A stretch of DNA of 64,000 nt, from assembly GCA_024679065.1 (NCBI GenBank), contig JAGIQG010000016.1, positions 12,152,001-12,216,000 of the forward strand, read 5' to 3'. The stretch comes from Sphyrna mokarran (taxonomy: Eukaryota). The position numbers and the translations under genes were made by a program. Shown here one piece after another: positions 51,950 through 64,000 of the stretch. Below the pieces are notes generated by a model, which searched no databases, was not told where the DNA came from, and saw only the letters and a program-made list of their open reading frames with translations. Positions within the stretch are counted from its first letter, which is position 1. Every line of letters begins with the position of its first letter.

Positions 51950-52790
51950 TGTTTCAGGAAACTAATCTTGTGAAGGGATGAAGACAGCGGCAGTACAGAA
52001 CAAGTAGATACTTGAAGTGCGTGCTGACAATATGTGCTCGCGTCAGTTCCCCCTTGCCAGGAGACAGTGTGACACCTGTGTCATGTATTCACTTAACTGG
52101 CACATCCGGGGCAAGTAGTTCATCCAGTAAACATAACGGTTCTGGCGACCCTGAACTTCAAATCCACTGGAACATTCCTGATGTAGAGAACTCTGGCGTT
52201 TCATAACCATTTGTGCACAGCTGTTTCATTCATTGTTACGGATTGTTTCTGTAACCAGCTAAGGCACACGTTCGATTACGTTGGTCAGGTAGAAAAAGGG
52301 AGTCGCGAGCTGCACGCTTCGCAATGTGCGTACGCATGCTCCTTGTTGCATGTGTTTGTGCGGTAATGGGCGCATATCGATCTGTGGTCCGCTCAATTTG
52401 AGACAAAACCGTTTGCAAACAGGAAGGGCTTCTTCATGCTCATCGGCTCTATATTTTATGACTGCACGCCAATAATCATGCACTTTGGAGCTTGGCACAC
52501 AGGAAATATCTGTGATTGCCCCCAAGTTCTGTGGAGCTTGACTATCCCTACCCTCTTTGAAAATTAGCCCGGGCTGCTGCAGGAAAGGCTCATAAAGAAC
52601 AGGGATAATCCATTAATGTCATGGCTATTGCCACCAGTGTATTTTCTGAGAACTTTGCAAAGAATCGCTGCAATTAGATTCATGTTTTCACGGTTCGTTG
52701 TGAAGTGGTGTAATGCCATGATTAAGATGTGAAAATCGTTGGGGATTCCTCCCAACAGGATGATGAACCTGGTTCCTCTGTGATTGTAAG
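51950..52790 (+). pseudogene. Harbinger transposase relic
   Basis: 'PFANRKGFFML...YDCTPIIMHFGAWHTGNICD...IPTLFEN...DNPLMSWLLPPV' resembles 'FINRKGFHSLNVQ.VCD...YPGSCHD...GDKGYPL..WL.TP'. Confidence 0.7.
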
Positions 52791-52879
52791 CCATTGATCA
52801 AGTTTGGAGGTTGATAGAGACACACTCTAAGTCTCTGGCATCCTGCCCTTCTGGCATCTGATGTCCGAGTGAAACTAGT

Positions 52880-53480
52880 ACTTTGGCTACTTTAGAATAA
52901 GGGTTGTGACCACAAAGCTGTGTGTAGCTGATTCGGTGCATTGAAGGTTGTGGAAAAATGTTGTGCTGCGCTATTCTACACTGCGTCTGATGGATTACTG
53001 ACGAAAGCAGCACAGGAACTTCGTAACGTTTGTTTAAGAGATAAATGTAACGCACATGGCGGTCTTCACCTTGAAGCTTGGAACAAGGTACGCTCTGCAT
53101 TGAGAGAATCAGTGACAAATTACTCACGGCGGTGTGGTGCTGAGATAACTTGTAATAATTATTTAAACGTTTAGAAATCCTTCACTCCCATAGAGATGAG
53201 ATGTCCTCTTATTGACTCTCCAACTTCTTAGCTTCCATGCAGCCTCGCGTTGCCTAGGTGAGGTCCAAAATGCACATCGCAGATATCATCTGCGCCCTAT
53301 GATCTGTGATGCCCTTGGATGATGTCCCCAGGTTGAATGGGAACTGGAGGGCCACAGCAAACTTGACGATGGTACGGCTGTTACCATGGCAAGTTGCTTA
53401 TCTAGCTGTCTCGGAGATGCACGATGTGAATAACGAGGATTCAGAAGATATCGGCATGTATGGAGTTCCTTAATTGACAA
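52880..53480 (+). pseudogene. Harbinger Myb/SANT-like relic
   Basis: ORF 52941..53174 'KVVEKCCAALF...TKAAQE...AWNKVRSAL' and a downstream 'GTGG' motif at ~53340. Confidence 0.5.
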
Positions 53481-54344
53481 GGGCTCTCGGCATGGGTTCA
53501 GTCCCTCCATTGGAACCTTCCGTGGGACTCCAGGGCAGCTGGACTAAGATCCGTCTCCCTTGGAGTCAACTGAATTTGCCAACCTTGAAGTCAGTGATCT
53601 ACCCCATAGTCTGTGGTGCGTCAGCGCTACACCTCTGAGACTTTGCTAACGTTTGGACGCGCATCACTACAGTATTCCCTGCATTGCTAAATCTATAAAA
53701 CTACATCGATCTGATCCTGGAGCACAATCCAAATTGTGGACAAAACTGGAGCCCACAACGTCTCCTGCATCCCTGCTAGAGGCCGTGCCATAGCCACCTA
53801 TGTTTCCAAAATCTTTCTGTCACCCATCTCCTTGAAAATTCAGCTCCACCAATCCCAGAGGACATATCATGGAAAGAGCTGAATGCTCTCACCCAGCAGC
53901 TTCCACGTGTCCAAGCCATCGGGCATTACCACCTCAACCACATATGTTTTCATGGCTGTGATGTACTCACTAAAAAAGACCCAAAAGCCTCACCATTCTT
54001 ATTTCCCACCGTTATGATCATCCATGTGTTGGTGGTTGTATCGTAGATGTCTATGATCGTCCACTAGCGCTTTCTTCACAGGATTCGTCAAGACGTCCCA
54101 CCGAGGAATTATCAAAATTTTGTATAGACTGCCAGCAAAAGGAGAGCTGCTATGTCCACACTGCTATGGCCTTGCATGTTAGGGTGCACAAGAAGCAAAG
54201 TCACGCAGTCTGGAATGGAACTAAAAGAGCCTGTGCAAGATGACACTTATTTCAAAGAATACGGGGCAGCAGATGATGGCTTGCATGAGGGATCTAAATT
54301 CTGAATTTTCTGTTATGCTTACCATGCTAGATGCAGGTTACACT

Positions 54345-55050
54345 GCTGTGGAGGAGCAGAACGACCTTGGGGTCCCGGTCTATAGGTCTTTTAAATCGGC
54401 CTCGGCAGGTGGAGGATGCGGTCAAGAAGGTGTATGATGCACTACGTTCATTACTCTAGGGATTGAGTTTCGGAGTCTGGAAGTAATGCTGCTAATTTAT
54501 ATGACCATTCTCAAACCTCACTTGGAAATCTGTGCATGGTTCTGTTCGCCTCACTACAAGAAGGATGTGGAAGCTCTTGACAGGGTGCAGAGGAGATTTA
54601 CAAGTATGTTCCCTGCATTGGGAGTTATGCCTTACGAAGATACGTTGAGAGAGCTCGATCTTTTCCGTCTGGAGAGATGAAGGTTGAGAAGCGACCTGAT
54701 AGATGTTTATAACATATTGAGAGGTATACATTGGGTGAATTCTCGGAGACTGTTTCGCAGGGCTGAAGTGCTCGCTACGAGAGGACACTGGGTTAAGCTG
54801 CTGGGAGCAGATACGGAGGGGATGTCTGGGGTAATTTTTTCACTCAGAGGCTGGTCAGCGAGTGGAACCCTCTGCCGTCTGTGGTGCGTGAAGCGACCTC
54901 AGTGAGGTCTTTTAAGAGACTTCTGGATAAGTACATGCGATTTAAAGGGATTGAGAGTTATAGGTAAGCCTGGTAAGCATGGATATGATCGGCGCAACTT
55001 GCAGGCCGCAGGTCCTGTTTGTACTTTAGTGTCCCATGTTCTATTTCTAT
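54345..55050 (+). mobile_element. CR1 3' fragment, same subfamily as 37050-38218
   Basis: 'LKPHLEICAWFCSPHYKKDVEALDRVQRRFT' and 'LATRGH'. Tail at ~54975-55050. Confidence 0.9.
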
Positions 55051-55299
55051 GTATTCAAAAGCTGTGAGTAGGCTCTGGGACACAAGCGCCATTATTTCCC
55101 ACTCTCATCTATTCGTTTCGTTTTCTCTTGTGGTGGATATAAAGGGATTGACATCATTATGTATAGAAGGACACCGCGTGCAGTTTATGTCGAGGTTCTG
55201 GGCACTCGCGTGGGTTGTATCGAGGCGAGGTTTAGCTACTGTCCTCCGATGATTGGGGACAGCCATGCATTTTGGTGGCAAATGATGTGAAAATCAGGC

Positions 55300-55880
55300 G
55301 TTGTCCCAAAGGTGCCTGAGATGGTTTCATATTATGGAACATATATGACATGTTTCAAGATGCAACATCTTGATGCACATCATCATCAAGATGGACATCG
55401 TGCTGCATGAAGGAGGTTTTTCATTTTTTGATGCCCGAGTTGCAAGTACGGGCAATGTGCAGGCATTAACAGCTGGAGCGAAAACTTCCCAGACAACATT
55501 CGCTGCACAACGTCTTGGGCGAATACTTCCATGTTGACTGCAGCCTGAGCCTTCGCTCAACAGGTCTATCACCATTGAAAAATCAAGGGGCAATTAAAAT
55601 TTGCGCCAGCTGCTGGCATGACCGCTTATACGCGAATATTTAAAGCTAATGGACAGCTTTGCCTTCTGAAGAGTGTCCAGCTGAAGTCAGACTGGACGAC
55701 GCATGGACCCATAAGATGAATTTCATGGTGAGTTCTCCACAATTGACTGGTTTCAATAGAGGGAAAGAATCTGCAAAGCTTTTGATTGGGTTGTTTCAAC
55801 AAGACACTGTTTCTGACGTGTAATCATAAAAGTTCTCGATCAATAAAGGACTGCGCCCGCAGGAGGTTCTGTATGGGAAA
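55300..55880 (+). pseudogene. Highly decayed Harbinger transposase relic
   Basis: 'gttgactgcagcctgagccttcgctcaacaggt' resembles VTAALNFF.TG. 'TCNHKSSRSIKDCARR' resembles VCNHK..IMQVCAR. Confidence 0.45.
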
Positions 55881-55894
55881 CTGTAAAGTGAAAA

Positions 55895-56200
55895 TAGTGC
55901 GGCATTATGACACAGTGGTTTGCACTGCTGCCGCGCAGCATCATAGGCCCAGGTTCGATTCTCGACTTAGGTCACTGCCTATATGGAGTTTCCATATTCT
56001 CTCCATATCTGCCTGAGTTCCTCTGGTAAAGTTTCCTGTTAGAGTCGAAAGATGTGTTGGTTAATCGCATTGAACATGTTAAATTCTCCTTCCATGAAAA
56101 CAAGCAGGCAACATACTGTGGTGACAAGGAGATTTTCACAGTTATTTCATTACATTATGACTATAAGCCCACTTGTGACTGATAAATGAACTTCATTTTA
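55895..56200 (+). mobile_element. tRNA-headed HE1-like SINE with a non-CR1-type tail
   Basis: A-box-like 'CACAGTGGTTTGCAC', B-box 'GGTTCGATTC' and core 'GGTCACTGCCTATATGGAG'. Tail 'GATTTTCACAG...AAGCCCACTTGTGACTGATAAAT'. Confidence 0.8.
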
Positions 56201-56981
56201 CTTTGCCTTGAACGGTCTAAAGCCTCAATCAGAAATAGGGGGTGCTCCTGGGGTAGGGAAACCTAAAACCTTCCAGTGCACCGTGGATAAAATTCAGCAG
56301 TGACACCAGCGCACTTTGGTTGAAAAGGCGTCATGGCATCTCAGTGCAGTGTAGCCGGGTGGCCAGTGGGAAATGGGTAGTGGGAACTTGAGGTGTTAGA
56401 TTCCACACAAGTCCAGGCATGAGGATGGCATTTGGGGCCCAGCGATGTTCCAGTCATGTGGGCTTGGAGGACCTGTGATACCCTTTTGCCTTATGAAGAG
56501 AGTTCAGCTGAAGTCAGCCTGATCACTTATGGACCCATATGATACATTTCATGGTGAATGATTCACAGGCTCCCGTGTTTCCGTCGAGGGGAAGCATCTA
56601 CAAAGCTGTTGATTGTGGTATTTCAACAAGGCACTGTTTCAGAGGAGACGTACAATCATAATAGTTCTCAATCAACAAAAGTCTTTGCAGTAGTGCATCG
56701 GTTATTAATGAACTTGTAACAATTGGAGAATGAAAAAAATAATATATCGTGCAACTTACATGCAGCTGGTTTTGACATGTTTCAGATAGATGCAATATTT
56801 GTTTTCGTGTGCCCAGATTGAGAGGCCGCAGCTGCCCTTGTGTTATGCACAAGTTTGTGGTAGTCAGTTCGGAAATATAGCTGACCCAGCTCGTATCGAT
56901 GTATATGCCTTTAATTTTGTGGAATTTTGCCTGACATAGTGCGGGCTTGCGTGTCCTTAATAAATATCTATATCTATATGC

Positions 56982-57245
56982 ACTGCTTATAAGCCATAGA
57001 CAATGACCTAAGTCAGGAATCGAACCTGGTCCCATGATGTTATGCGGCAACAAATCAAACTATTGTGTCAGAATGCCGCCCCATTTCACTTTACATTTTC
57101 CCACACAGAACCTCCCGTGGGCACACTCCTTTGTTGATCGAGAACTTTTATGATTGCACGCCAGAAATAGTGCTTTGCTGAAATAACCCAAACAATAGCT
57201 TTGCAGATTCTTCTCCTCTATTGACACGAGTCAGCCTGTGAACAT
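56982..57245 (-). repeat. Inverted duplicate of ~55735-55986 (flank plus SINE head)
   Basis: The reverse complement aligns by eye across the Harbinger/SINE junction. Confidence 0.8.
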
Positions 57246-57659
57246 ATTATATACGCATTATATGCTATATAACTTATGAAAACAGATGTTTAAACCGACC
57301 CGTTAATTTTAACTTGGCTTGTCGGCCTCTGTGTTAGATAAGAGCCAGTCAAACAGAATTGCAGCCTTGAAATAACCATGAAGAAACGGCGTGGCAGCCA
57401 TGTTCGTTCGATCGAGGACAATCCACAGCCTGAGAAACTGAGAGACTGAGAAGACGCACACGTAATTGGGGATATAAATATATGCTCTTAAGTTGTGTTC
57501 GCGGTGACGCCTGGGAACAGCTGCTAGGTATCACAGGTATGTCCAAAAGCTATTGAATATACTAGTTGTACTTTGACTCGCAAATGGTCTCAGAGGTATA
57601 TTTAACCTACAACAGACTATGTCCACGGGTTATTCAAAATGGGATACTGGAAAGTAAAA

Positions 57660-57990
57660 TGGGGTAGCATTGTGGAACAGTAGTTTGCATTGAATCCACA
57701 TTGCATCGTGGGGACAGATTCGATTCTCGACGTGGGTCACTGTCTATGTGGTGTTTGCACATTGTTCCTGTATCTGTCTGAAGTTACTCTCGGTGCTCCT
57801 GTTTCCTCCCTGAGTCCGAACGGGTCATTGTCTATGGCTCATAAGCAGTTAGGCACAAAGGCCATGTTAAATTCTCCTTCCATGAAATCAAGCAGGCACC
57901 TTAGTATTCCGACGAGGGGATTTTAACAGTTAGTTCATTGAAGTATGAATGTAAGCCTCAGTGTGGCTGATAAATGAGCTCTCTTTTAGT
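57660..57990 (+). mobile_element. Second copy of the 55895-56200 SINE, sharing both flanks
   Basis: Shared 5' flank 'aaagt.aaa' and 3' flank 'agcctca.tca.aaata'. Confidence 0.75.
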
Positions 57991-58398
57991 TTATTTTAAA
58001 TGCTCAATAGCCTCACTCACAAATAAGGAATGTGGCTGCGGGTGGAGATTGGCAGAGGCCAGCTGTGCGGCGGCTAGCAATATACATGGTGAGGTGGACC
58101 CAGACCAGCTATGTTTATGCCAGTGTAGTTTCAGAGGGACCATGCGCATGTGATGTGCGTGCATAGTTTGGGAGAGCGGACGGAGTCCTTATATGAAATC
58201 ATCAATGTACCTCCGACTGTCCTTTTTTTGAATATAACTCAATTTGTGTGTGCGTGTGTGCGTGCGTGTTTGTGTTTTGTCGATGAGAGAAGGGTATGTG
58301 GAAGACAGAGTGAAAGGCTAGCGATTTTCCCAGGAGTAGGGCGTGTGAGGCCAGAGGCGCCGGCGTGAGAGTGAGAGGCGAGCGATGTCCACGTGGGT

Positions 58399-58400
<2 letters not shown>

Positions 58401-58432
<32 letters not shown>
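58401..58432. repeat. Poly-G run (32 nt)
   Basis: Seen directly. Confidence 0.95.
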
Positions 58433-59329
58433 CTGAAATTCTGAAGCCCACGATGCCAGAGATGTGTTTACTTTCGAGGCCAGCGATAGGCTGGAAATGT
58501 ACTTGGGACAGTGTGCAAACTTGGGAGATGCAATATAATTAATTGTGAGGGATTGTGTGCACAGAAATCCCAGAATACACAAGGGCGCACTCTGTCCGCT
58601 GATTAAGCCCAACTATCGGGACTGGCCGTATTCAATACTTCTCAGAATAAATCACGCTACGGTACTCTGCCGAGATTTCCGAAATTTGCCGAGGTGATTA
58701 CTGATGTAAAAAGGAATCATGAGGAAACATTTACGTTTTTGCACATGTTGCGAACGTAGATTAAAATAAAATAATAAATAATTCCCAGCTGATGCATGTG
58801 AAGGCTGATCAAACAGAGGTTTTGCCGGTCAAATTACGCATGCAAGGGCGAATAGCAAGTTGGTGCGCAGGTTGTTGTGGGGGCAGCTGTAATATGTGCA
58901 GTATAATATTAAAGTCCTCCAATGAGTCAGTGGGTAAAAAAAACATATAAACGGGTTATGTGGTAGTAAAAATCAGGTGATTGTACTGGGGTCGGGGGTT
59001 GTCAATTATAGGAACACAATCTAGGATGCTCACAGAGTTACATAGTAGGGTGGAGATTTCTTTGAAATATATTCATCCGTATGCTTTAATCAATATGCAG
59101 AGGGTTCCTGGGGGAGGGGTGGGGGAGGTGGTCTCTTTTTTGTGGAAGAATACCAGCCAATTTTTCGAATCACAACACTGTGGAAGGAGACCATTCGGAC
59201 AGTATAAACGGCATGACAAAAATTTCAATCATGCTCTATCACGCTGCAAGAAAACTATTTTTTTAGCTACTCTTCTTGTTATCATGGAGCAATTTTACAT
59301 TTCAAAATACCATATCATGCACTTTCTTG

Positions 59330-59470
59330 CGGTGTGGGAATGAAATGACCATAGCGTCTGCTGGAAGTCCATACAAACACAGGTGGGACAGACAAACTCC
59401 ATGCAGACAGTAACCCGAGACCATCAATGAATACGGGTTCCTGGTACTGTGAGGCAAAATATCTAATGAT
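59330..59470 (-). mobile_element. Decayed HE1-like SINE fragment
   Basis: 'CAAACTCCATGCAGACAGTAACCCGAG...GGGTTCCTGGTACTGTGAGGCA'. Confidence 0.65.
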
Positions 59471-59499
59471 AGAGTCATTGATCAATGTGGCGATAGAAC

Positions 59500-60095
59500 A
59501 GCAGTTTAGGAATCGAAACCACGGTTTGAAAAAAAAATGTTAGGCCATAGCTGGAGTGTGGTGTGCAGTTATGATCGTCACACTATCAGGAGCAATAACA
59601 TTGTGCTGAATGTGGTGTAGAAGAGATTCACCAACGCGCAACTTGTGATGGATTATTATAGATTATTTTTAGTATGATGAGTTTATGTAAGCTTGGGTTG
59701 TTAGCATTGCGGCAAATAAGACTGACAGCGAACTGATCGAGCTATACAATAATTAGGAGACATGAAGGTAGTGTAAGCAACAGCTGTTCTTCTCAGTTGA
59801 AGGATCAGTCGCAATAGGGCACAGTTCAAGATGACGGTCAAGCGGAGAACTGAGGAAAAAAAACAGTCGTAATTGTCTTAAGCGTGTTGCCGTTGAGGGT
59901 GATATAAGAGGGATGTCTCAGACACTTAAAAGCAAAAATCTGGATGAACACTTGGTATTTCATGACGTCCAACATATTGTTCCAAGTCTGGTAGATGCGG
60001 GTAGTTGGGAGTTAAAGTTCTCTCAAGTATCAGTGCAGACTCGATGACCGAATGGCCTCTATACGTTTTAGTTCTATGAGCCTCTGATTCTATGA
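59500..60095 (+). mobile_element. Decayed CR1 3' fragment
   Basis: 'GTTAGGCCATAGCTGGAGTG..GTGTGCAGTT' (VRP.LE.CVQ) and tail 'GACCGAATGGCCTC...TTCTATGA'. Confidence 0.7.
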
Positions 60096-60129
60096 GTATT
60101 GTTTGATACATATCTCATATGGACTACGG

Positions 60130-61870
60130 CAAACGTGGAATGCAAATAATAGTATTGGTTTGGGGACCTTAATTAAAAAGGCAGGAAGTGTCGAAATTGA
60201 AAGGGACAGCTCATTGTGTGCAGTTCTGCGTGGGAGCAGTTGCGGGGACTAATAAAGCAGGGACGATTGCAAGCCAAATAGAAATTTCATTTTGTGGAGT
60301 TGAATGTAGAAGCCATGTGTTCAGGGAAACGGAACTATGGATATCTAGTGCACTTCCGGACTGTGCGAAGAAGAGAACGTCCTTTGCATGTCCAAACGGA
60401 ACAATTCAGCAGCAACGGGAAAGGGATATACGAATGGTACGTGGGAACGTAAGAAATTAATGAGATGAGCAAAAAAAGTAATGAAAAAGGTCATGTGAAA
60501 CTATTTACCAAAGATATATGTTAGCCCATTAGAGAGACAGTGACGTGTATATGAAACAACCTACTTTGAAGAAAAAGCGTTAAATGAAGGCTTTTCTTTG
60601 GCCTTCACTTGGGAAAAGAAAACATAGGTATAACAGGAAGAAACAGGGATTACGAAGAATTTCTCCAGTTTGTACCTGTTATTTGCTATATATATATATA
60701 TGCACTGATGTGCAGCATCAAACGATTCTTTGGGGATCCAGACACGAAATTTTAGAGACTCTGGTACATTCGTTAAATAACTCTCTCGCCACGGATATAA
60801 TGCTAAGGGAATGTGGGATGGTTCACGCGATTTCAATTATTCAAGATGTGTCTTCGAACAAGGTCAGTGAGTAATTCGGTGAGTGCAAACACTTTCCAGC
60901 AAAACCACTGGAACATGTTCTGATGGTTCGGGGGGTGGGGGGGGGGGGGGAGGAGTGGATAGTTCAATAATGGAAACTGAGCATGGTTTTTCTCTGTTAT
61001 GTCATGACTAACATTTGGAGGACATTTTCAACATTGCGAACAAGCGTGAAAAAAAGAGAATCTCAGTTCAGGTAGTTTGTATTGATTTCAATGAAGCTGT
61101 AAATGTGCCATTCCAGGAATGAATTTGCAGTTCAAAACATATGAAAGTTGGGGAATTTCGGCAAGATGGTTACGCAACAGGTTTTAAAACGTAAGATAAC
61201 ATCGCTTTAGCAGAAAACTTTCCAGGAATTCGTCGCCGATGACACGCGTTGTGCCACAAAGATCAGAACTAGGACGACGATTAGTAGATATGTTCCTCAA
61301 TGGTATAAAAACAAATATGAGCGTTTTTTCGGTGATGCAAGTCCGCAGAGTACATCAAGACTTGAAGGGTGGTTAATAGTGAAGAATATTCTCCGAGGGT
61401 GCCGGAAAATATAAATAGGTTGGGCAATTCGGCAGAGACGTAGTGGATGGTAATAAACACTGGAAAGTGAGAGGTTGTGACCTGTGGAAGAAGAGAAAAA
61501 AAAACACGGGAGTGTTCAATGATTAACGGGCATTGGGAAGCTCAGATGAATAGCTGGATCTTGGTGCATTTATTAAGAGATTTCTGAAGCAGGCAGGATA
61601 GGTGAATAAGATAAATAAGAAGGCATGCAGAGCTCCCTTTCATTGCTTAGGGCAAAGAATATAGTAAAAAGCAACGTAATGTTGAAGTTACATAGAACTT
61701 TTGGTAAAGGCACAAATGGAGTATTGAATGCTTTGCAGTTCTCACTTTGTGAAGAATGTGATAGAGCTGCAGGAGTTAAAGAGGAATTTGATGATAATGT
61801 TGGGGTATTATCTTGGAAATATGAGCATGGACTGAACGGGATTGGATTATTTTTGTTTGAGCAAAGAGTG
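60130..61870 (+). mobile_element. Highly decayed CR1 ORF2 relic
   Basis: 'TTGGGGACCTTAAT' (GD.N), 'GAGCATGGTTTT...TCATGACTAAC' (QHGF..SCLTN), 'ATTGATTTCAATGAAGCT' (DF.KA) and 'VMLKLHRTF'. Confidence 0.6.
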
Positions 61871-61884
61871 ATAGTCTGTCTGGC

Positions 61885-61918
<34 letters not shown>

Positions 61919-62159
61919 CATTTCATTGAGTTTAGTCATGAGATAGTATAGATTGTGATTGGTAACAAGTAATTCAGCGGAGATTTGAAAAAAAAATAGA
62001 AGACAACACATAGCCAGTGATGGATTTTGGGCTGAAACATCTCTGACTAGCAGAAAATTAATAAAATATTTACAAATATTTTGCTGATCACTTGATAATT
62101 TATAACATTCAAAGATATGTGGTGACTAAAAACAGATATGACTGTTATTTTTTTTACCG

Positions 62160-62540
62160 ATATGCCGTCCATCCATCCATCCGTCCATCCATCCATGCAT
62201 ACATTCTTTCATCGATCTATCGAACCATCCATCCGTCCGCCCGTCCTACATTCCTGTCTCTCCTGCTGTATTTTATCTACGTCTTCCCGTATCTACCTAT
62301 CAATCCATCCATCCATCTATATAGCTTTTTCTATATGTATCTATGTATCTCTTTCCATATCTATTTTTTTCTGTCTATCTGTCTCTCCGCCTGTCACTCC
62401 GCACTAACGCCGCCGAGCCACTCCCTAACCCCAATCCCCCTCCCCCCCCCCCACCCACCCACACACACACACATACAAACACACACACACACACTCACAC
62501 ACGCACACATACACACACATGTGCACACATATACACACGC
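62160..62540. repeat. Compound simple repeat: (ATCC)n/(ATCT)n, then a C-run and (CA)n
   Basis: Seen directly. Confidence 0.9.
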
Positions 62541-63179
62541 CCTGCACCACCCTGCCTCTTGGTATCAATTCTTCGGCACGTAAATTCTGGATTTGCGTGA
62601 TGTCATTTTTTATTGTCTTAGCCAATTGAGCAACTTGCTACATTTCTGTGCGAGCGTGATATCTTTAAAGTGGGGCATACGTATACTCTATTTTTGCATT
62701 TCCTAATGAAAGCTGAACTAAACTAATCTCTAGATATATATATATCCCTGATTTATTGCATGGCAAGTGTAGCGAGTAGCGTTCTCTGTGTTCATAATTC
62801 TGTTCCCTTTTTTCACGATGTACTGTGTTGGGATGTACCGGCTGTGTTGGGGGGGGGGGGGGGGGGTGGTAAGAATCAGTGCATACAGAGGTGTAGGTTT
62901 GCCATTCGCATGTGTAAATTACAGCAATAATAGTTCAATGTTGTCTTCGCACCAAAATCGCTTTACGCACAGATCATAGAATCCGCCCATCAGTGAGGAA
63001 AGAATAAAATATGATTCGTTTTCTTTTATATTTTACAAGAAAAAGGACAAACCAATGAATTCACCCCTGGAATTGTTTAATGTACAAAAAAAAAACAAAG
63101 TAATGAAATGCCGCCAAATCATTTAACTGTTCCGTTCATCTGCACGTTCGTAGACATTGGCAACATAATCGAACAATAT

Positions 63180-63900
63180 TGTTAAGGTGGAATGTGCAGC
63201 TCTTCACAGAAGCACTCCATGAACAAGTATTCAGATGATCGAAAGATTGATCGGAGAAAAAAAAACAATGTTTTATGAATAACCTTCAAAAACAATTTGT
63301 ACTGGAATGATGCGTCGACAATTTCGGAGAAAGAAATCAGACAGTTAGAGCATGCCCTGAACATTAAGCCAAAACTGTTTGAAAACAAATTGGAGATAGA
63401 AGAATGCACGCCAGACAAGATCACAGGAGGACATGAATTATTGTATCCGCAACAAAAACGACAATGAAGCTGTTGAGTGTGTATGCTCTTGTGTTTGAGA
63501 TCTGTCAATTGAAGTAATATCGTAGTAATGTGTTGACGCCGTTCTGTCTGACGCAAACAGAATAGCATATTATCGAACAAACTTTATTCCAGGCTGGTAC
63601 CAAAAACAAGATTTGTGCTAACAGCATGGGACAAACATGGCAAGGTTTGCCGAGAATGGTTCCTGGATAAATACCAAATCCTGTTATAATCTGTTCAATT
63701 AAATATATCTCAACATAGCTGCTCCGAAGAAAGTTGCGTTCTTGAAAATAATGCCAAGAATTCCATGTTTTAGATCGTGTTTTGATGAAATTTTCAGTTA
63801 AATAAGTAGACTTTTTTAACTCAATGCAAACATATCATTACTTGTTCCGTTTGCCCCCCTTCTATTGAGGCAATATTAAGAAATTCCTGCGTTTCCCTCT
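63180..63900 (+). mobile_element. Highly decayed CR1 RT relic
   Basis: 'NKYSDDRKID' resembles [10 protein letters not shown]. 'AGGTTTGCCGAGAATGGTTCCTGG' resembles RFTRMVPG. Confidence 0.4.
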
Positions 63901-64000
63901 TATGTCCCCAAAATTTGTAAATTTATCACGACTTTGTAAGATTTAACAATCGGCAGTGACCTTTGAAGGAGGTAATAAATGATATAATTCTTTTCAAACT

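Larger units (their letters stand above)
49230..54300 (+). mobile_element. Decayed Harbinger/PIF region 3, interrupted by two SINEs and CR1 pieces
   Basis: Myb-like relic at ~49740-49955, transposase relic at 51950-52790 and Myb-like relic at 52880-53480. Confidence 0.6.

Noticed and set aside
55895-55975. tRNA gene
   Set aside because: The A/B boxes belong to a SINE head that runs into the HE1 core, and no complete cloverleaf is evident.
63182-63580. 132-aa minus ORF, with a plus frame carrying a single in-frame TGA (selenocysteine idea)
   Set aside because: The plus strand resembles CR1 'FADDTKIG...RFTRMVPG' and no SECIS is evident.

Overview
Eukaryotic, AT-rich, repeat-saturated DNA. It is most likely an elasmobranch (shark) intergenic or intronic region, inferred from HE1/V-type SINEs and HER1/CR1 LINEs with (TTCTATG)n/(TGTTCTT)n tails. 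I found no recognisable host exon, tRNA, rRNA or CRISPR array. Most exon-like ORFs I examined closely resolved into decayed LINE or Harbinger sequence. The window holds many CR1 fragments of different ages, a second CR1/L2-clade LINE family, an RTE 3' end, three Harbinger/PIF transposase relics with about six Myb/SANT-like partner modules, a ~900-bp head-to-head Penelope palindrome with degenerate hammerhead motifs, SINEs and simple repeats. The most unusual item is a ~530-bp composite SINE present four times. It has a ~210-bp non-tRNA 5' extension with a splice acceptor and an oligo-T run, followed by a decayed tRNA head lacking a B-box, an HE1 core and a CR1 tail. All family calls are by eye; boundaries of old relics are approximate.
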